Positions 48,876 through 59,170 of a DNA stretch of 64,000 bases are shown here, piece by piece. The stretch comes from Chloroflexota bacterium (lineage in GTDB: Bacteria > Chloroflexota > UBA11872 > VXOZ01), in the NCBI GenBank assembly GCA_963663275.1, contig OY760183.1, forward strand, positions 2,016,001 through 2,080,000, read 5' to 3'. Numbering within the stretch: the stretch's first letter is position 1; every line of letters starts with the position of its first letter. Both the position numbers and the translations under genes were made by a program. Under the pieces are notes generated by a model. That model was not told the DNA's origin and did not search any database. It saw only the letters and a program-made list of their open reading frames with translations.

Positions 48876-48896
48876 TTGAAGCGTCTACGTCTGTAG

Positions 48897-49787
48897 CTAC
48901 TCTTCCAGCAGCCGCGCTTCGGTGAGAATGGCGCGCACCGCTTGATGCTGCTCCGGCGGCAGCGGCGCCAGTGGGAGGCGCGGTTCGCCGCCGTGGTAGC
49001 CGCGAAGGGTCATGGCCGCTTTGAGGCCGGCAACGCCGAAACGGGTCGTGACGGCGGCGTTGGGCGCCATGAGCCGGTACTGGAGCGCACGCGCCTCGTC
49101 CAGCGCTCCCTGATGGCAGCGTTCGAACAGCCGCACGCACTCGCGCGGCGCGAGATTCGCCAGCGCCGCCACGCCGCCGGCCGCGCCTACGCAGAGTGAA
49201 ACAAAGAGAAAACTCGCCGATCCCGCCAGCACCGCGAAGTCCGCATCCCGCGTCTGCCGGATGATTTCCGTAATCTGCACGATGTTCCCGGAGCTATCTT
49301 TCAGCCCCAGGATGCGCGGATGTTGCGCCAGGGGAACGGCCACGTCCGGGCCCAGATTGACGCCGGTATTGGCGGGCATGTTGTAGAGCAGCAGCGGCAG
49401 GTCTGCCTCATCCGCCAGTGCGGTATAGTAGGCGCGCAGCACGTCCGACGTGAGGGCTGACTTGTAGTAGGAGGGCGGCAGGACGAGCGCGGCCTGCGCG
49501 CCGCGCGCGGCGGCCTGCGCGATGAAGGCCAGCGCCTGCTTAGTCGATTCGTAACCCACGCCCACGATCACCTGCGCGCCGCCGAAGGCGTTGGCAACCA
49601 CCGTCTCCAGCGCCTGCAACTTCTCCGCTTCGGTCAGCGCGGGCAGTTCGCCGTTGGAGCCGAGCGCCACAAATCCGGTTAGGCCCGTGGGAGCGAGTTT
49701 GCGTACGTTTGCCGCGAGCAGGTCGAGCGCGAGTTCTTGGTTGACAAAGGGCGTTGCCAAAGGCGGATAGATGCCGGTCAGTTGCAT
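48897..49787 (-). CDS. DapA/DHDPS-family aldolase (4-hydroxy-2-oxoglutarate aldolase-like)
   Basis: TPF, GSNGE, PP.YY, LYNMP..TG, GLKDSSG. Confidence 0.85.
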   Translation of the reverse strand: MQLTGIYPPLATPFVNQELALDLLAANVRKLAPTGLTGFVALGSNGELPALTEAEKLQALETVVANAFGGAQVIVGVGYESTKQALAFIAQAAARGAQAALVLPPSYYKSALTSDVLRAYYTALADEADLPLLLYNMPANTGVNLGPDVAVPLAQHPRILGLKDSSGNIVQITEIIRQTRDADFAVLAGSASFLFVSLCVGAAGGVAALANLAPRECVRLFERCHQGALDEARALQYRLMAPNAAVTTRFGVAGLKAAMTLRGYHGGEPRLPLAPLPPEQHQAVRAILTEARLLEE

Positions 49788-50153
49788 GGGAGTTCTCCTC
49801 AGCCTGAGTTCGTTCACGGGCCAGTATAGTCCGCAGCCGCCCGGTAGACAATGACTACGGTGAAGCCATTTTTACCTGGCGTAAAGTGTGCGCCGCATGC
49901 CCGGTAACGTAGGTTTCTAACCTGCGCATTGCCGCCGTGGCGCGGGCGCAGGTGGAAGAGCGGAGGCGGGGGACAAGCCCCCGCGCTACGGGTGTGCGGT
50001 AGGGTAGGTTTTCAACCTGCGCGTGACCGCGTGGGCGCAACTTTGTCTTTCATCTCCCAGCACGTACAATAGGCAGTGAATTCGCCGGCGCGTGCGGCGC
50101 CGGCGCATCTACCGTGTTTAGCCTTGCGCAATTCAAGAAGGGAGCGAGTTGCC

Positions 50154-51191
50154 GTGTCTGTGAGAATTGGGATTATTGGGGTTGGCGGACGGTCAATCCG
50201 CGAGATGCGGGACCTGGTGAAGATACCGGAAGCGGAAATCGCCGCGTTGTGCGACATCGACGAGCCGCGCTGCGCGGCGGCCGTGGAGACCATAAACGGC
50301 TCCCTGCCGGAAGGCGCGAGTCCCATACAGCCGGGTCTCTTCTCCGATCACCGGGCGATGTTGGACGCGGTGGAGTTGGACGCGGTCTACATCTCGCTGC
50401 CGACGTTCGCGCACGGCCAGCTTGACCACGACGTGATCGCGGCCGGCAAGGCGGTTCTCATTGAAAAACCGATTGCCATCGAGCTTTCGCTGGCGAAAGA
50501 GATCGCGGCGCATATTGCCGAAAAGGGGATTGTGAACTCCGTCGGCTACCAAATGCGGTACGCGCCTTCCGTGGGGCAGACGCGCGCACTGTTGGATGGC
50601 GTGCCCATCGGCATGGTGATCGCCGTGCGCTGGGGCGGCCTGCCGGGCACGCCATGGTGGAAGGTCCAGGAGCAGTCCGGCGGTATGCTCATCGAGCAAC
50701 ATACGCATGGCATCGACCTGGTGCGGTACTTCGTGGGCGAGCCGGACACCATCTACGCCGCGGGCGACACGGTGCTGCTGACGGACGAGCCGGGCCTGAC
50801 TATCTTCGACGTGAATGCGGCGACGGTGCGCTTCAAGAACCGCGCGGTGGGCATGATTGGCAACTCGCCCGCGGCCCACGCGGGCGTTCCGCCGAACGTC
50901 ACCAACGTGCTGCACATTCTCGCCAAAGACCTGACCGTGACGGCGGGGTTCGACAGCACGACGGTCTGGCGGCCCGGCCAGGAAACGGAAACCATTACGT
51001 CCGATCAGGATTCTAACTTGCTGCTGAACCAGGCGTTCGTCAACGCCGTCGCCAACAACACGCAGGAAGGTATTTTGTCTCCGTATTCCGATTCACTGCG
51101 GTCGTTCGCCTTCACGTACGCTGCCCAGAAATCTGCCGAACTGCGGCGTGAGGTGCAAATCACCGATGATCTTGAGGTGGTGCCCCAATGA
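50154..51191 (+). CDS. Gfo/Idh/MocA family oxidoreductase
   Basis: IGIIGVG, EKP, GYQ.RY, SGG...EQ..H.ID. Confidence 0.9.
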   Translation: MSVRIGIIGVGGRSIREMRDLVKIPEAEIAALCDIDEPRCAAAVETINGSLPEGASPIQPGLFSDHRAMLDAVELDAVYISLPTFAHGQLDHDVIAAGKAVLIEKPIAIELSLAKEIAAHIAEKGIVNSVGYQMRYAPSVGQTRALLDGVPIGMVIAVRWGGLPGTPWWKVQEQSGGMLIEQHTHGIDLVRYFVGEPDTIYAAGDTVLLTDEPGLTIFDVNAATVRFKNRAVGMIGNSPAAHAGVPPNVTNVLHILAKDLTVTAGFDSTTVWRPGQETETITSDQDSNLLLNQAFVNAVANNTQEGILSPYSDSLRSFAFTYAAQKSAELRREVQITDDLEVVPQ

Positions 51192-51973
51192 GAATCGGCA
51201 CACGCACGGGTTCAATCGGCGCTGAAGGAGAGCGGGCTCTGCCGGTGGCGGCAACGCTGGGCTTTGCGGGTGTGGAATTTTCTATCAGCGCCCGCGACCC
51301 GGCAGGAAACATCCTCGCGGAGCAAGACGGTTGGGACACACTGAAGCGCCAAGCGGCGGAGACTGGCGTGGTGGTTTGCTCGTTGTGCGTCGGTAATCTG
51401 GGCGTGATGCTGACGGGGGACAGCGCGGCTCGCCAGCAGGGCATCCGCGTGGCGACGAATGCGATTGCGGCTGCCGCTTACCTTGACGCGCGCCTGATCC
51501 TCTGCGCCATGGACGCCCCGCCGGAACAGCCCTACGAGGAGTCTTTCGACCGCTGGGTGGACGGCTTCAGCGAGATCATGCCGGCTGCGGAACGCGAGGG
51601 CGTGATCATGGCGCCGGAGAGCGTGGGACGCACGCATCCGCAGTCGGTGGAGCGTTTCCGCCGCCTGGTCGCCGCCATCGATTCGCCGCAGATTGGGGTC
51701 TACTTCGACGTTGGCAACGCCCACACGCAGGGGTTCGACCCCGCAGCCGATTTGCGAGATCTTGGCGGTCTCGTCAGCCAAATCCACACCAAGGAGCCGG
51801 ACCAGATACCGCTCATGGGTTCCGGCCCGCTGGACTGGGACGCAATCTTCGCGGCCATCGACGCCATCGGCTACGACGGCTGGCTGGTGCTGGAGACTTC
51901 CACCGGCGATGATGCCCGCGCCTCGGCGGTGTATAACCGGGAGTTCTTGGAGCGGCGCCTGGGTATGGCGTGA
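51188..51973 (+). CDS. Sugar phosphate isomerase/epimerase family TIM barrel
   Basis: ATGA overlap with the upstream gene; E, YFDVGN, QIHTKE, G.LDW, GYDGWLVLET. Confidence 0.88.
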   Translation: MRIGTRTGSIGAEGERALPVAATLGFAGVEFSISARDPAGNILAEQDGWDTLKRQAAETGVVVCSLCVGNLGVMLTGDSAARQQGIRVATNAIAAAAYLDARLILCAMDAPPEQPYEESFDRWVDGFSEIMPAAEREGVIMAPESVGRTHPQSVERFRRLVAAIDSPQIGVYFDVGNAHTQGFDPAADLRDLGGLVSQIHTKEPDQIPLMGSGPLDWDAIFAAIDAIGYDGWLVLETSTGDDARASAVYNREFLERRLGMA

Positions 51974-52123
51974 CGGCATCGACGTGGCGCGAGTCTCTTG
52001 GAGGGTGCGTTCAGGCCGTTCGTGCTGAGCTTGTCGAAGCATGAACGGCCTGAACGCGGCGGGGTTTCGCTTGGCGTCATGCATTGCCCTTCGACAGGCT
52101 CAGGGCGAACGGTAAGGATTCAA

Positions 52124-52206
52124 GAGCGCACGGCTGCCGCTGCAAAGCGCACGGCTGCCGCTGCAAAGCGCACGGCTGCCGCTGCAAAGCGCACGGCTGC
52201 CACTGC
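52124..52206. repeat. 21-bp tandem repeat (aaagcgcacggctgccgctgc) x4; degenerate x4 copy at ~53008-53086
   Basis: Contiguous units, no spacers. Confidence 0.9.
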
Positions 52207-52214
52207 TGGGTTGA

Positions 52215-52838
52215 CTAGCGCGGCTCGTCCGGTTTGAAGACCGCGCCCAGCACGGGGCTTGGGCCCCACTCGGTCGCCAGGCACTCCATGTAGATCACGT
52301 CCCAATACTTGCCGCCCATGAAATGGCTTTCGCGGCGGCGGCCGAACTCTTTGAAGCCGGCTTTCGTATAGGCGCGGACGCCGGTGGGGTTGTACTCGTG
52401 GACGAGCAGCATCACGTTGTGGAGGCCTTGCACCGTGAAGGCGTAGTCGAGCATCAGTTGCGTGGCTTCCGTGCCGTAGCCCTTACCGCGGGCGTCTGGC
52501 TCGCCGATCGTGATGCCGAATAAGGCCGTGCGGTTGCGATGGTCGATGTCGTGGAGACCGGTAGTGCCAATCGGACGTCCGGTGTTCTTCTCATAGATCG
52601 TAAACTGTACGACCGCGTCGCCGCGCGTGTTGGCGCGTTCGTACCATTGCTCTTCTTGTTCCAGGGTGAGCGGCCGGGGCATGGGTCCCAACATCCGCGT
52701 AGTAGTAAAGTCATTGAACCAGCGCGTGTACAGCGGGACCAGGTCTTTGCGCAGCGGGCCCAGCGCGACCTTTTCGCCAACGATATTGACGAGCGGCAGT
52801 TCATTTGTCGATGATTCTGATTGTCGTTTCGCGTCCAT
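52215..52838 (-). CDS. RimJ/RimL-type GNAT N-acetyltransferase, copy 1
   Basis: GEKVALGPL, RGKGYGTEA, N...R.Y.KAGF. Confidence 0.9.
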   Translation of the reverse strand: MDAKRQSESSTNELPLVNIVGEKVALGPLRKDLVPLYTRWFNDFTTTRMLGPMPRPLTLEQEEQWYERANTRGDAVVQFTIYEKNTGRPIGTTGLHDIDHRNRTALFGITIGEPDARGKGYGTEATQLMLDYAFTVQGLHNVMLLVHEYNPTGVRAYTKAGFKEFGRRRESHFMGGKYWDVIYMECLATEWGPSPVLGAVFKPDEPR

Positions 52839-53086
52839 TTGCGACCTACCTATGTACTCAGCGTAGTCGGATTATACGCACACTGACGATCCACCGTTCG
52901 AACTCTTTGGGCTTCGCGGAGGCCTTGTCGATGTATTCGCCGCCGTGAGCCTCAATGTCTCCATGATTTGCCCTTCGACACGCTCAGGGCGAACGGTAAG
53001 GGTTCAAAAGCGCTCGGCTGCCACTGCAAAGCATTTGGCTGCCACTGCAATGCACTTGGCTGCCTCTGCAAAGCGCACGGCTGCTG

Positions 53087-53716
53087 CTAGGTTGACTGTC
53101 GCGGCGTGTCCGGCTTGAAGACCTCCGCCAGCACGGGACTTGGCCCCCACTCGGTCGCCAGGCATTCCATGTGGATCACGTCCCAGTATTTGCCGCCCAT
53201 GAATTGGCTTTCGCGGCGTCGGCCAAACTCTTTGAAGCCGGCGTTCGTGTACGCGCGGATGCCGGCGGGATTGTATTCAAAGACCCGCAGCATGACGTTA
53301 TGCAGGCCGAGCGCCGTGAAGGCGTAGCCGAGAATAAGCCGCGTGGCCTCCGTGCCGCAGCCCTTGCCGCGGGCGTCCGGCTCGCCAATCATTATGCCGA
53401 ATTCGGCCGTGCGGTTGCGATAGTCGATGCCATGGAGACCGCAGTTGCCAATGGGGCGTGCGGCGCCCCGCTCGTAGATCGTAAACGAGACATTGTCCGC
53501 GCTTTCCGCGGACTCGCGCTCGTACCACTGCTCCTCTTGTTCCGCGGTAAGCGGCCGGGGCAGAACGCCCATGGTGCGCAGCGTGTGAAAGTTGTTCATC
53601 CAGCGGGTATACGTAGGCACTAGATCTTTGCGCAGCGGGCCCAGTGCGGTCTTTTCGCCGACGATATTGAACAGCGGTGTTGCACCCGGTGAATCTGCTT
53701 GTGGTTTCGCTTTCAT
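53087..53716 (-). CDS. RimJ/RimL-type GNAT N-acetyltransferase, copy 2
   Basis: Close paralogue of copy 1; RGKGCGTEA. Confidence 0.9.
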   Translation of the reverse strand: MKAKPQADSPGATPLFNIVGEKTALGPLRKDLVPTYTRWMNNFHTLRTMGVLPRPLTAEQEEQWYERESAESADNVSFTIYERGAARPIGNCGLHGIDYRNRTAEFGIMIGEPDARGKGCGTEATRLILGYAFTALGLHNVMLRVFEYNPAGIRAYTNAGFKEFGRRRESQFMGGKYWDVIHMECLATEWGPSPVLAEVFKPDTPRQST

Positions 53717-53914
53717 TTGTGACTTGCCTGCGTGAACTTTTCGACCGAATTCGTTGTGTGCCCCGAATCTTTCTGTGATGCCTTGATCACTCGGTAAGAC
53801 CTAAACTTGCTTAACCTGAGCTTGCATAGTATCCAGGCGTGAACGGTTGTGAGCGCAGGGCGAAATTTCATTCCTGGTTTCACCCTCTGACCGGCTCAGG
53901 GCAAGCATAGACCA

Positions 53915-54550
53915 TTACTGGGAGGACGGGCGCGGCTCGTCAGACTTGAAGGCCTCGGCCAGTATCGGGCTTGGGCCCCGCTCTGATGACAGGCACTCCA
54001 TGTGAATCTCGTCCCAGCGCTTGCCACCCATGAGAATCTTCTCTCTGCGACGCCCATACTGCTTGAAGCCGGCTCTCGTGTAGGCACGGATACCGGCCAG
54101 GTTGTATGCGTGGACGGTTAGCTTTACGTTGTGTATGCCGAGTGCCGTGAACGCATAGCCGAGCATCAGTTGCGTCGTCTCCGTGCCATAGCCCTTCCCG
54201 CGCGCTTCGGGCTCGCCAATTGTAATGCCGAACTCGGCAGTGCGGTTGCGATAGTCAATGTCGTTGAGACCGGTGTTGCCGATGGGTCGCATGGTGTCCC
54301 GCTGGTACACGGTAAAGGCTATTTCGGTCTCGCCACGCTGAATCACGCGCTCATACCACTTCTCTTCCAATTCCACTTCAAGTGGGACCGGCATTGCTCC
54401 CAGCGTACGAAGCGTATTGAAGTCGTTGTACCAGCGCGTATAGGTTGGAATCAGACTTTTGCGCAATGGGCCGAGCGCGACTTTCTCGCCTACGATGTTG
54501 ACGAGCGGCAGCGTGGCTGCACATGTTTCTGATTGTGGTTTCGTGTCCAC
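53915..54550 (-). CDS. RimJ/RimL-type GNAT N-acetyltransferase, copy 3
   Basis: GTG 54550 aligns with the starts of the other copies; RGKGYGTET. Confidence 0.88.
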   Translation of the reverse strand: MDTKPQSETCAATLPLVNIVGEKVALGPLRKSLIPTYTRWYNDFNTLRTLGAMPVPLEVELEEKWYERVIQRGETEIAFTVYQRDTMRPIGNTGLNDIDYRNRTAEFGITIGEPEARGKGYGTETTQLMLGYAFTALGIHNVKLTVHAYNLAGIRAYTRAGFKQYGRRREKILMGGKRWDEIHMECLSSERGPSPILAEAFKSDEPRPSSQ

Positions 54551-54967
54551 TTGAGACCTACTTGCTAACTCTCTTTGAGCGGGACCAACGCGCAGGCCCG
54601 TCGCTGCAAATCTGGATTGTGCGCCTTTAGTTCGTACTGAGCTTGCCTTGCTGAGCCTGTCGAAGCATCTAAGTGTGAACGGTCGCTTTCGCATGGACTT
54701 TCAGAGGCGCCACTTGCTCTTCGCCCCCTGGCTGTTTACTGATTCGATGCCATTTGGCCATAGCAACTATCGGCTAGAGGGTCTTAGGGTACGTGCTAGA
54801 ATAGCATAGGTGTGTCCGCTTGAGCGCAATTGAGCGGCGAAATATCAACAAGGCCTCCTGCCCATTCGTGCACCGTTCAATTGGGGTAGACTGGAGCCGG
54901 TGTGGTCACCGTTGCCGGCAGGAGAGCGTTCAACCCACAAAAACCGCATGGAACCACGTATGCCGCC

Positions 54968-55969
54968 ATGAGTGCGATTTCCGTACAAAACCTCTCCAAA
55001 TACTACGCAGTCCACCAGAAAGAACCGGGACTGGTCGGCTCGCTCAAGTCGTTCGTGCGGCGCAAGACCTACGACGTGAAGGCCGTGGACGACATCTCGT
55101 TCTCCATCGAGCCCGGCGAGTTGGTCGGTTTCCTGGGCCCGAACGGCGCGGGCAAGACCACCACGCTCAAAGTGCTCTCCGGGCTGCTCTATCCCACCGG
55201 CGGCGAGGTATCCGTGCTGGGCTACACGCCGTGGCAGCGCCAGGCGGCCTTTCAGCGGCGCTTTGCCCTGGTGATGGGACAGAAGAACCAGGTCTGGTGG
55301 GACTTGCCGCCCATGGAGACCTTTCTCATCAACAAGGAAATCTACGAGGTGCCGGACGCGCATTTCCACGAGACGCTGGACGAACTGGTGCAGATCCTCG
55401 AACTGGAGCAGGTTATCAACGTGCAGGCGCGCAAACTCTCGTTGGGCGAGCGCATGAAGTGCGAGTTGCTGGCCGCGCTGCTGCACCGGCCCCAGGTGCT
55501 CTTCCTGGACGAGCCGACCATCGGCCTGGACGTGGTGATGCAGCAGAACATCCGCAACTTCGTGCGCGAGTACAACGCCCGCTATGGCGCGACGGTCATC
55601 CTGACGAGCCACTACATGCGCGACGTGGAGGCGCTCTGCGACCGGGTGCTCATAATCGACCACGGCCATCTCGTCTTCGACGGCGACCTGGATACGGTCG
55701 TGCGCCGCTACGCCGACTACAAGTTCATCACCGTAACGTTCGCCACGCCGGTGGCGGAAGCCGCATTGGCCGAGTTCGGCGCGGTGACCGCCTACCGCCC
55801 CCGCACCACCACCCTGCGCATTGCCCGCGACGCCGTGCCGCAGGTCTCCGCTCGATTGCTACAGGACTTCCCAGTGCTGGACCTGAACATCGTCGAACCC
55901 GAGGTTGACGAGGTGGTGCGGCAGTTCTTCTCCGGTGAACGGCCCGCGTATGCAGAAACTGTTTCGTAA
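54968..55969 (+). CDS. ABC transporter ATP-binding protein (ABC-2 type exporter)
   Basis: GPNGAGKTT, LSLGER, LFLDEPT, SH. Confidence 0.93.
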   Translation: MSAISVQNLSKYYAVHQKEPGLVGSLKSFVRRKTYDVKAVDDISFSIEPGELVGFLGPNGAGKTTTLKVLSGLLYPTGGEVSVLGYTPWQRQAAFQRRFALVMGQKNQVWWDLPPMETFLINKEIYEVPDAHFHETLDELVQILELEQVINVQARKLSLGERMKCELLAALLHRPQVLFLDEPTIGLDVVMQQNIRNFVREYNARYGATVILTSHYMRDVEALCDRVLIIDHGHLVFDGDLDTVVRRYADYKFITVTFATPVAEAALAEFGAVTAYRPRTTTLRIARDAVPQVSARLLQDFPVLDLNIVEPEVDEVVRQFFSGERPAYAETVS

Positions 55970-56762
55970 ACTACGCGCGGCCTTTCTCTTTTCATGGCAA
56001 GATGCCCTCATATATCGCACCGAGGGTTTTATTTGGTTCATCAACGACGCCGTTATACCGCTCGTGATGATTGCGCTCTGGCTGGCGGCGTACCGCACCG
56101 TTGATCGGGTTGGAGCGTACGCGGTCGAAGACATGGTCCACTACTACGTCATGTTCTTGGCCCTGAGCACGATTCTGACGCCCTATCCGGAGGGGTACTC
56201 AAGCTACCTCATTCGCAATGGCGCAATCTCTCTGCACCTCGTGCGGCCGTTCCCGTTCCAACTGTGGCTGCTCGCAGGTGAAGTCGCTGGAAGAGTCGTC
56301 CGGCTCTTCTTTCTCATTCCGCTCATACTCTTGATTGTCCTCACTCTTGGGTGGGGCCTGCTGGATGCGTTCGCGCTGACGTGGGAGACTACGCCCATCC
56401 TGCTGGCGAGCATGGTGCTTTCCTTTTTGCTAAGCTACTGCCTCAAGCTGTCCATCGGCCTGCTGGCGTTCTGGATAGGTCGCATTGATGGAATTGCCCA
56501 AGTGTTTATTATTGTCAAGATTTTTCTGGCCGGGAACATCATGCCTTTGGACTTGATGCCGCCGGCAGTGGAGCGAATGACGTTCTTTCTGCCGTTTCGC
56601 TACCTCTATTTCTTCCCGGTGCAGTTGCTCCAGGGCCGGCTCGACTTTCTGTCTGCGCTGGGCGGGCTCGCTATACAGGGCATGTGGTTGGTACTGGCGT
56701 ACCTGCTTATGCAATGGGTGTTTGCCGCCGGGGTGCGCCGCTACGGCGCGTATGGAGGCTGA
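55950..56762 (+). CDS. ABC-2 family permease (DUF990-like), type A copy 1
   Basis: About 6 TM; I..G.is..LvRP, G...PL...P, LPF.Y....P. Confidence 0.85.
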   Translation: MQKLFRKLRAAFLFSWQDALIYRTEGFIWFINDAVIPLVMIALWLAAYRTVDRVGAYAVEDMVHYYVMFLALSTILTPYPEGYSSYLIRNGAISLHLVRPFPFQLWLLAGEVAGRVVRLFFLIPLILLIVLTLGWGLLDAFALTWETTPILLASMVLSFLLSYCLKLSIGLLAFWIGRIDGIAQVFIIVKIFLAGNIMPLDLMPPAVERMTFFLPFRYLYFFPVQLLQGRLDFLSALGGLAIQGMWLVLAYLLMQWVFAAGVRRYGAYGG

Positions 56763-56765
56763 ATT

Positions 56766-57554
56766 ATGCGACGGTACGTGCGGCTCTATCGCGCCTTTGC
56801 CAAGAATTCCATCCTGGACTCGCTGGAATATCGGCTGAGTTTCACGATCTGGAGCATTGCCACGGTCCTCCTCGCTGTGGTCTACGTGCTATCGCTCCAA
56901 TTCATCTTCGGCCACGTGCGGACGATCGCCGGCTGGCGCATGGAGCAGATGCTGGTGCTGGCGGCCACCGTGATGATCGTGGATGGCATCGTGGAGTCGA
57001 TCTTTGGCGAGAATATGAACGGGCTCTCCGGGCTCATTAATCGCGGGGAGCTCGATTTCGTGTTGAGCAAGCCGGTAAGCTCACGCTTCTACGTTTCAAC
57101 GCGGCGGTTTGATTGGGACCCGTTAGTACAGGTGGTTACTGGATGCGCCGTACTATGGTACGCAATTGGTATGCTCGCGCAGCCGATTGCCTGGCATGGC
57201 GCGCTGCTCTACGTGGGGTTGGTATTGTGCGCGAGCTTGATGGCCTATTCCCTCTGGTTTATGGTCGTGTCGGTCACGTTCTGGGCCGGTAGACTCAATA
57301 ACGTAGCGAATCTCTACTACAACTTCATTGAGATTGCCCGCGTACCCACCGACGTCTTTCGCGGCTCGCTCCGCATCGGCCTGACGTTTGTGCTGCCGGT
57401 GGCTTTCATCGCCACGGTCCCCAGCCAAGCCCTCATGGGCCTCCTCAGCCCCGCATTCGCCCTCACCGCCTGCGCCATGACCGCCGCGCTCCTCATCCTC
57501 TCCCACCTCTTCTGGCGCTTGGCGCTGACGAAGTACTCCAGCGCGAGTAGTTAG
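56766..57554 (+). CDS. ABC-2 family permease, type B copy 1
   Basis: EYR, IAGW, G.LD..L.KPV, PVAF....P, Y.SASS. Confidence 0.87.
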   Translation: MRRYVRLYRAFAKNSILDSLEYRLSFTIWSIATVLLAVVYVLSLQFIFGHVRTIAGWRMEQMLVLAATVMIVDGIVESIFGENMNGLSGLINRGELDFVLSKPVSSRFYVSTRRFDWDPLVQVVTGCAVLWYAIGMLAQPIAWHGALLYVGLVLCASLMAYSLWFMVVSVTFWAGRLNNVANLYYNFIEIARVPTDVFRGSLRIGLTFVLPVAFIATVPSQALMGLLSPAFALTACAMTAALLILSHLFWRLALTKYSSASS

Positions 57555-57565
57555 GCGAGTTTTGT

Positions 57566-58378
57566 ATGCAGAAACTGTATTCGAAAGCACGCGCGGTGTT
57601 CCTTGCCTCCTGGCAAGAGTCCTTGATGTATCGCGCCGAGAGTCTCGTCTATTTCATCGGAGACGCGGTGCTGCCGCTCGTGATGATAGCCCTCTGGACG
57701 GCCGCCTTCCGCACCGTTGATCGGATTGGCGCATACGCCGTGCAGGACATGGTGAACTACTATCTCATGTTCCTGGTGTTCAGCACGCTCTTGACGCCTC
57801 ATCCGGAGTGGAACACGAGCGCGCTGATACGCAGCGGCAACCTCTCCAAGTACCTCGTGCGCCCGTTTCCCTTTATGCTGGAACAGCTTACGGGAGACGT
57901 TGCCTGGAGGGGCGTGCGCGTCTTCTTCCTGGCGCCGATGCTGCTGGTCTTCTTCTTGATTTTCGGACAGAGCGCGCTGGACAGCTTTGGGATCAGGTGG
58001 GAAATCGTGCCTATTCTACTCGTAAGCGCGGCGCTTTCATTCTTGCTGAGCTACTGCCTGAAAGTGACCCTGGGCTTTCTGGCTTTCTGGATCGGTCAAG
58101 TGGACGGTATCATCGAGGTATATCTCATCGTCACGATGTTCCTGGCCGGCAGCATCATCCCCCTGGACCTCATGCCTGGCGCGGTGGAGCGCCTCACGCA
58201 CTTCCTACCGTTTCGTTACCTCTACTTCTTTCAAGTGCAGTTGATTCAGGGGCGGCTCGATCTTGCGGCGGCTTTGGGTGGACTGGCGGTGCAAGCGGCG
58301 TGGCTGGCGGCAGCTTATTTGCTGATGCGGCGCGTGTTTGCGGCCGGATTGCGCCGTTTTGGCGCGTACGGGGGCTGA
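57566..58378 (+). CDS. ABC-2 family permease, type A copy 2
   Basis: Paralogue of 55950-56762; ends GAYGG. Confidence 0.87.
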   Translation: MQKLYSKARAVFLASWQESLMYRAESLVYFIGDAVLPLVMIALWTAAFRTVDRIGAYAVQDMVNYYLMFLVFSTLLTPHPEWNTSALIRSGNLSKYLVRPFPFMLEQLTGDVAWRGVRVFFLAPMLLVFFLIFGQSALDSFGIRWEIVPILLVSAALSFLLSYCLKVTLGFLAFWIGQVDGIIEVYLIVTMFLAGSIIPLDLMPGAVERLTHFLPFRYLYFFQVQLIQGRLDLAAALGGLAVQAAWLAAAYLLMRRVFAAGLRRFGAYGG

Positions 58379-58381
58379 AAG

Positions 58382-59170
58382 ATGGTGCGATACCTGCGGC
58401 TCTACGCGGCTTTTGCCAAGAACTCCATCCTGAACGCGCTGGAATACCGGCTGAGCACCGCGGTGTGGAGCGTCTCCACCATCTTCTATGCCGCCGTGTA
58501 CGTCGCCTCCATCCACTTCATCTTTGGCCACGTGCAGACCATCGCGGGCTGGCGCATGGAACACATGCTGGTCCTGGCGGCGACGGTGATGATCGTGGAC
58601 GGCATCGTGGAGACGATCTTCGGCGAAAACATGAACGCGCTCTCCGACCTGATCAACCGGGGTGACTTGGACTTCGTGTTGAGCAAGCCGGTCAGCGCCC
58701 GCTTCTACGTCTCCACCCGCAAGTTCGATTGGGATCCGCTGGTGCAGGTTGCGCTCGGCGGGGGCGTGTTGTGGTACGCGGTCGGCTTGCTCGCGGAGCC
58801 GCTCACGTGGGGTGGCGCGCTGCTCTATCTGGCGCTGATCCTGTGCGCGTGCTTGATCACCTACTCGCTCTGGTTCATGGCGGTCTCGGTAGTATTCTGG
58901 ACCGGCCGGCTCCGCAATGTCGCCTACCTCTACTACAACATGATTGAGATTGCCCGCATCCCCACCGACGTCTTTCGCGGCGCGCTGCGGATGGGCCTGA
59001 CGTTCGTGCTGCCGGTGGCTTTTGTCGCAACCGTTCCCAGCCAGGCCCTCATGGGCCTGCTCAGCCCCGCCTTCACCCTCGCCGCCTTCGGCATGACCGC
59101 CGGACTGCTGATTCTTTCCCACCTCTTCTGGAAACTGGCGCTGACGAAGTACTCCAGCGCAAGCAGCTAG
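58382..59170 (+). CDS. ABC-2 family permease, type B copy 2
   Basis: Paralogue of 56766-57554; ends KYSSASS. Confidence 0.87.
   Translation: MVRYLRLYAAFAKNSILNALEYRLSTAVWSVSTIFYAAVYVASIHFIFGHVQTIAGWRMEHMLVLAATVMIVDGIVETIFGENMNALSDLINRGDLDFVLSKPVSARFYVSTRKFDWDPLVQVALGGGVLWYAVGLLAEPLTWGGALLYLALILCACLITYSLWFMAVSVVFWTGRLRNVAYLYYNMIEIARIPTDVFRGALRMGLTFVLPVAFVATVPSQALMGLLSPAFTLAAFGMTAGLLILSHLFWKLALTKYSSASS

Noticed and set aside
48897-49787. Calling this gene dapA because dapL and dapF are nearby
   Set aside because: It has GSNGE rather than GTTGE, closer to HOGA-like aldolases; no symbol given.
52124-52206. Possible CRISPR array (also the 40-bp units at 6609-6707)
   Set aside because: Units are contiguous without unique spacers, and there are no cas genes.
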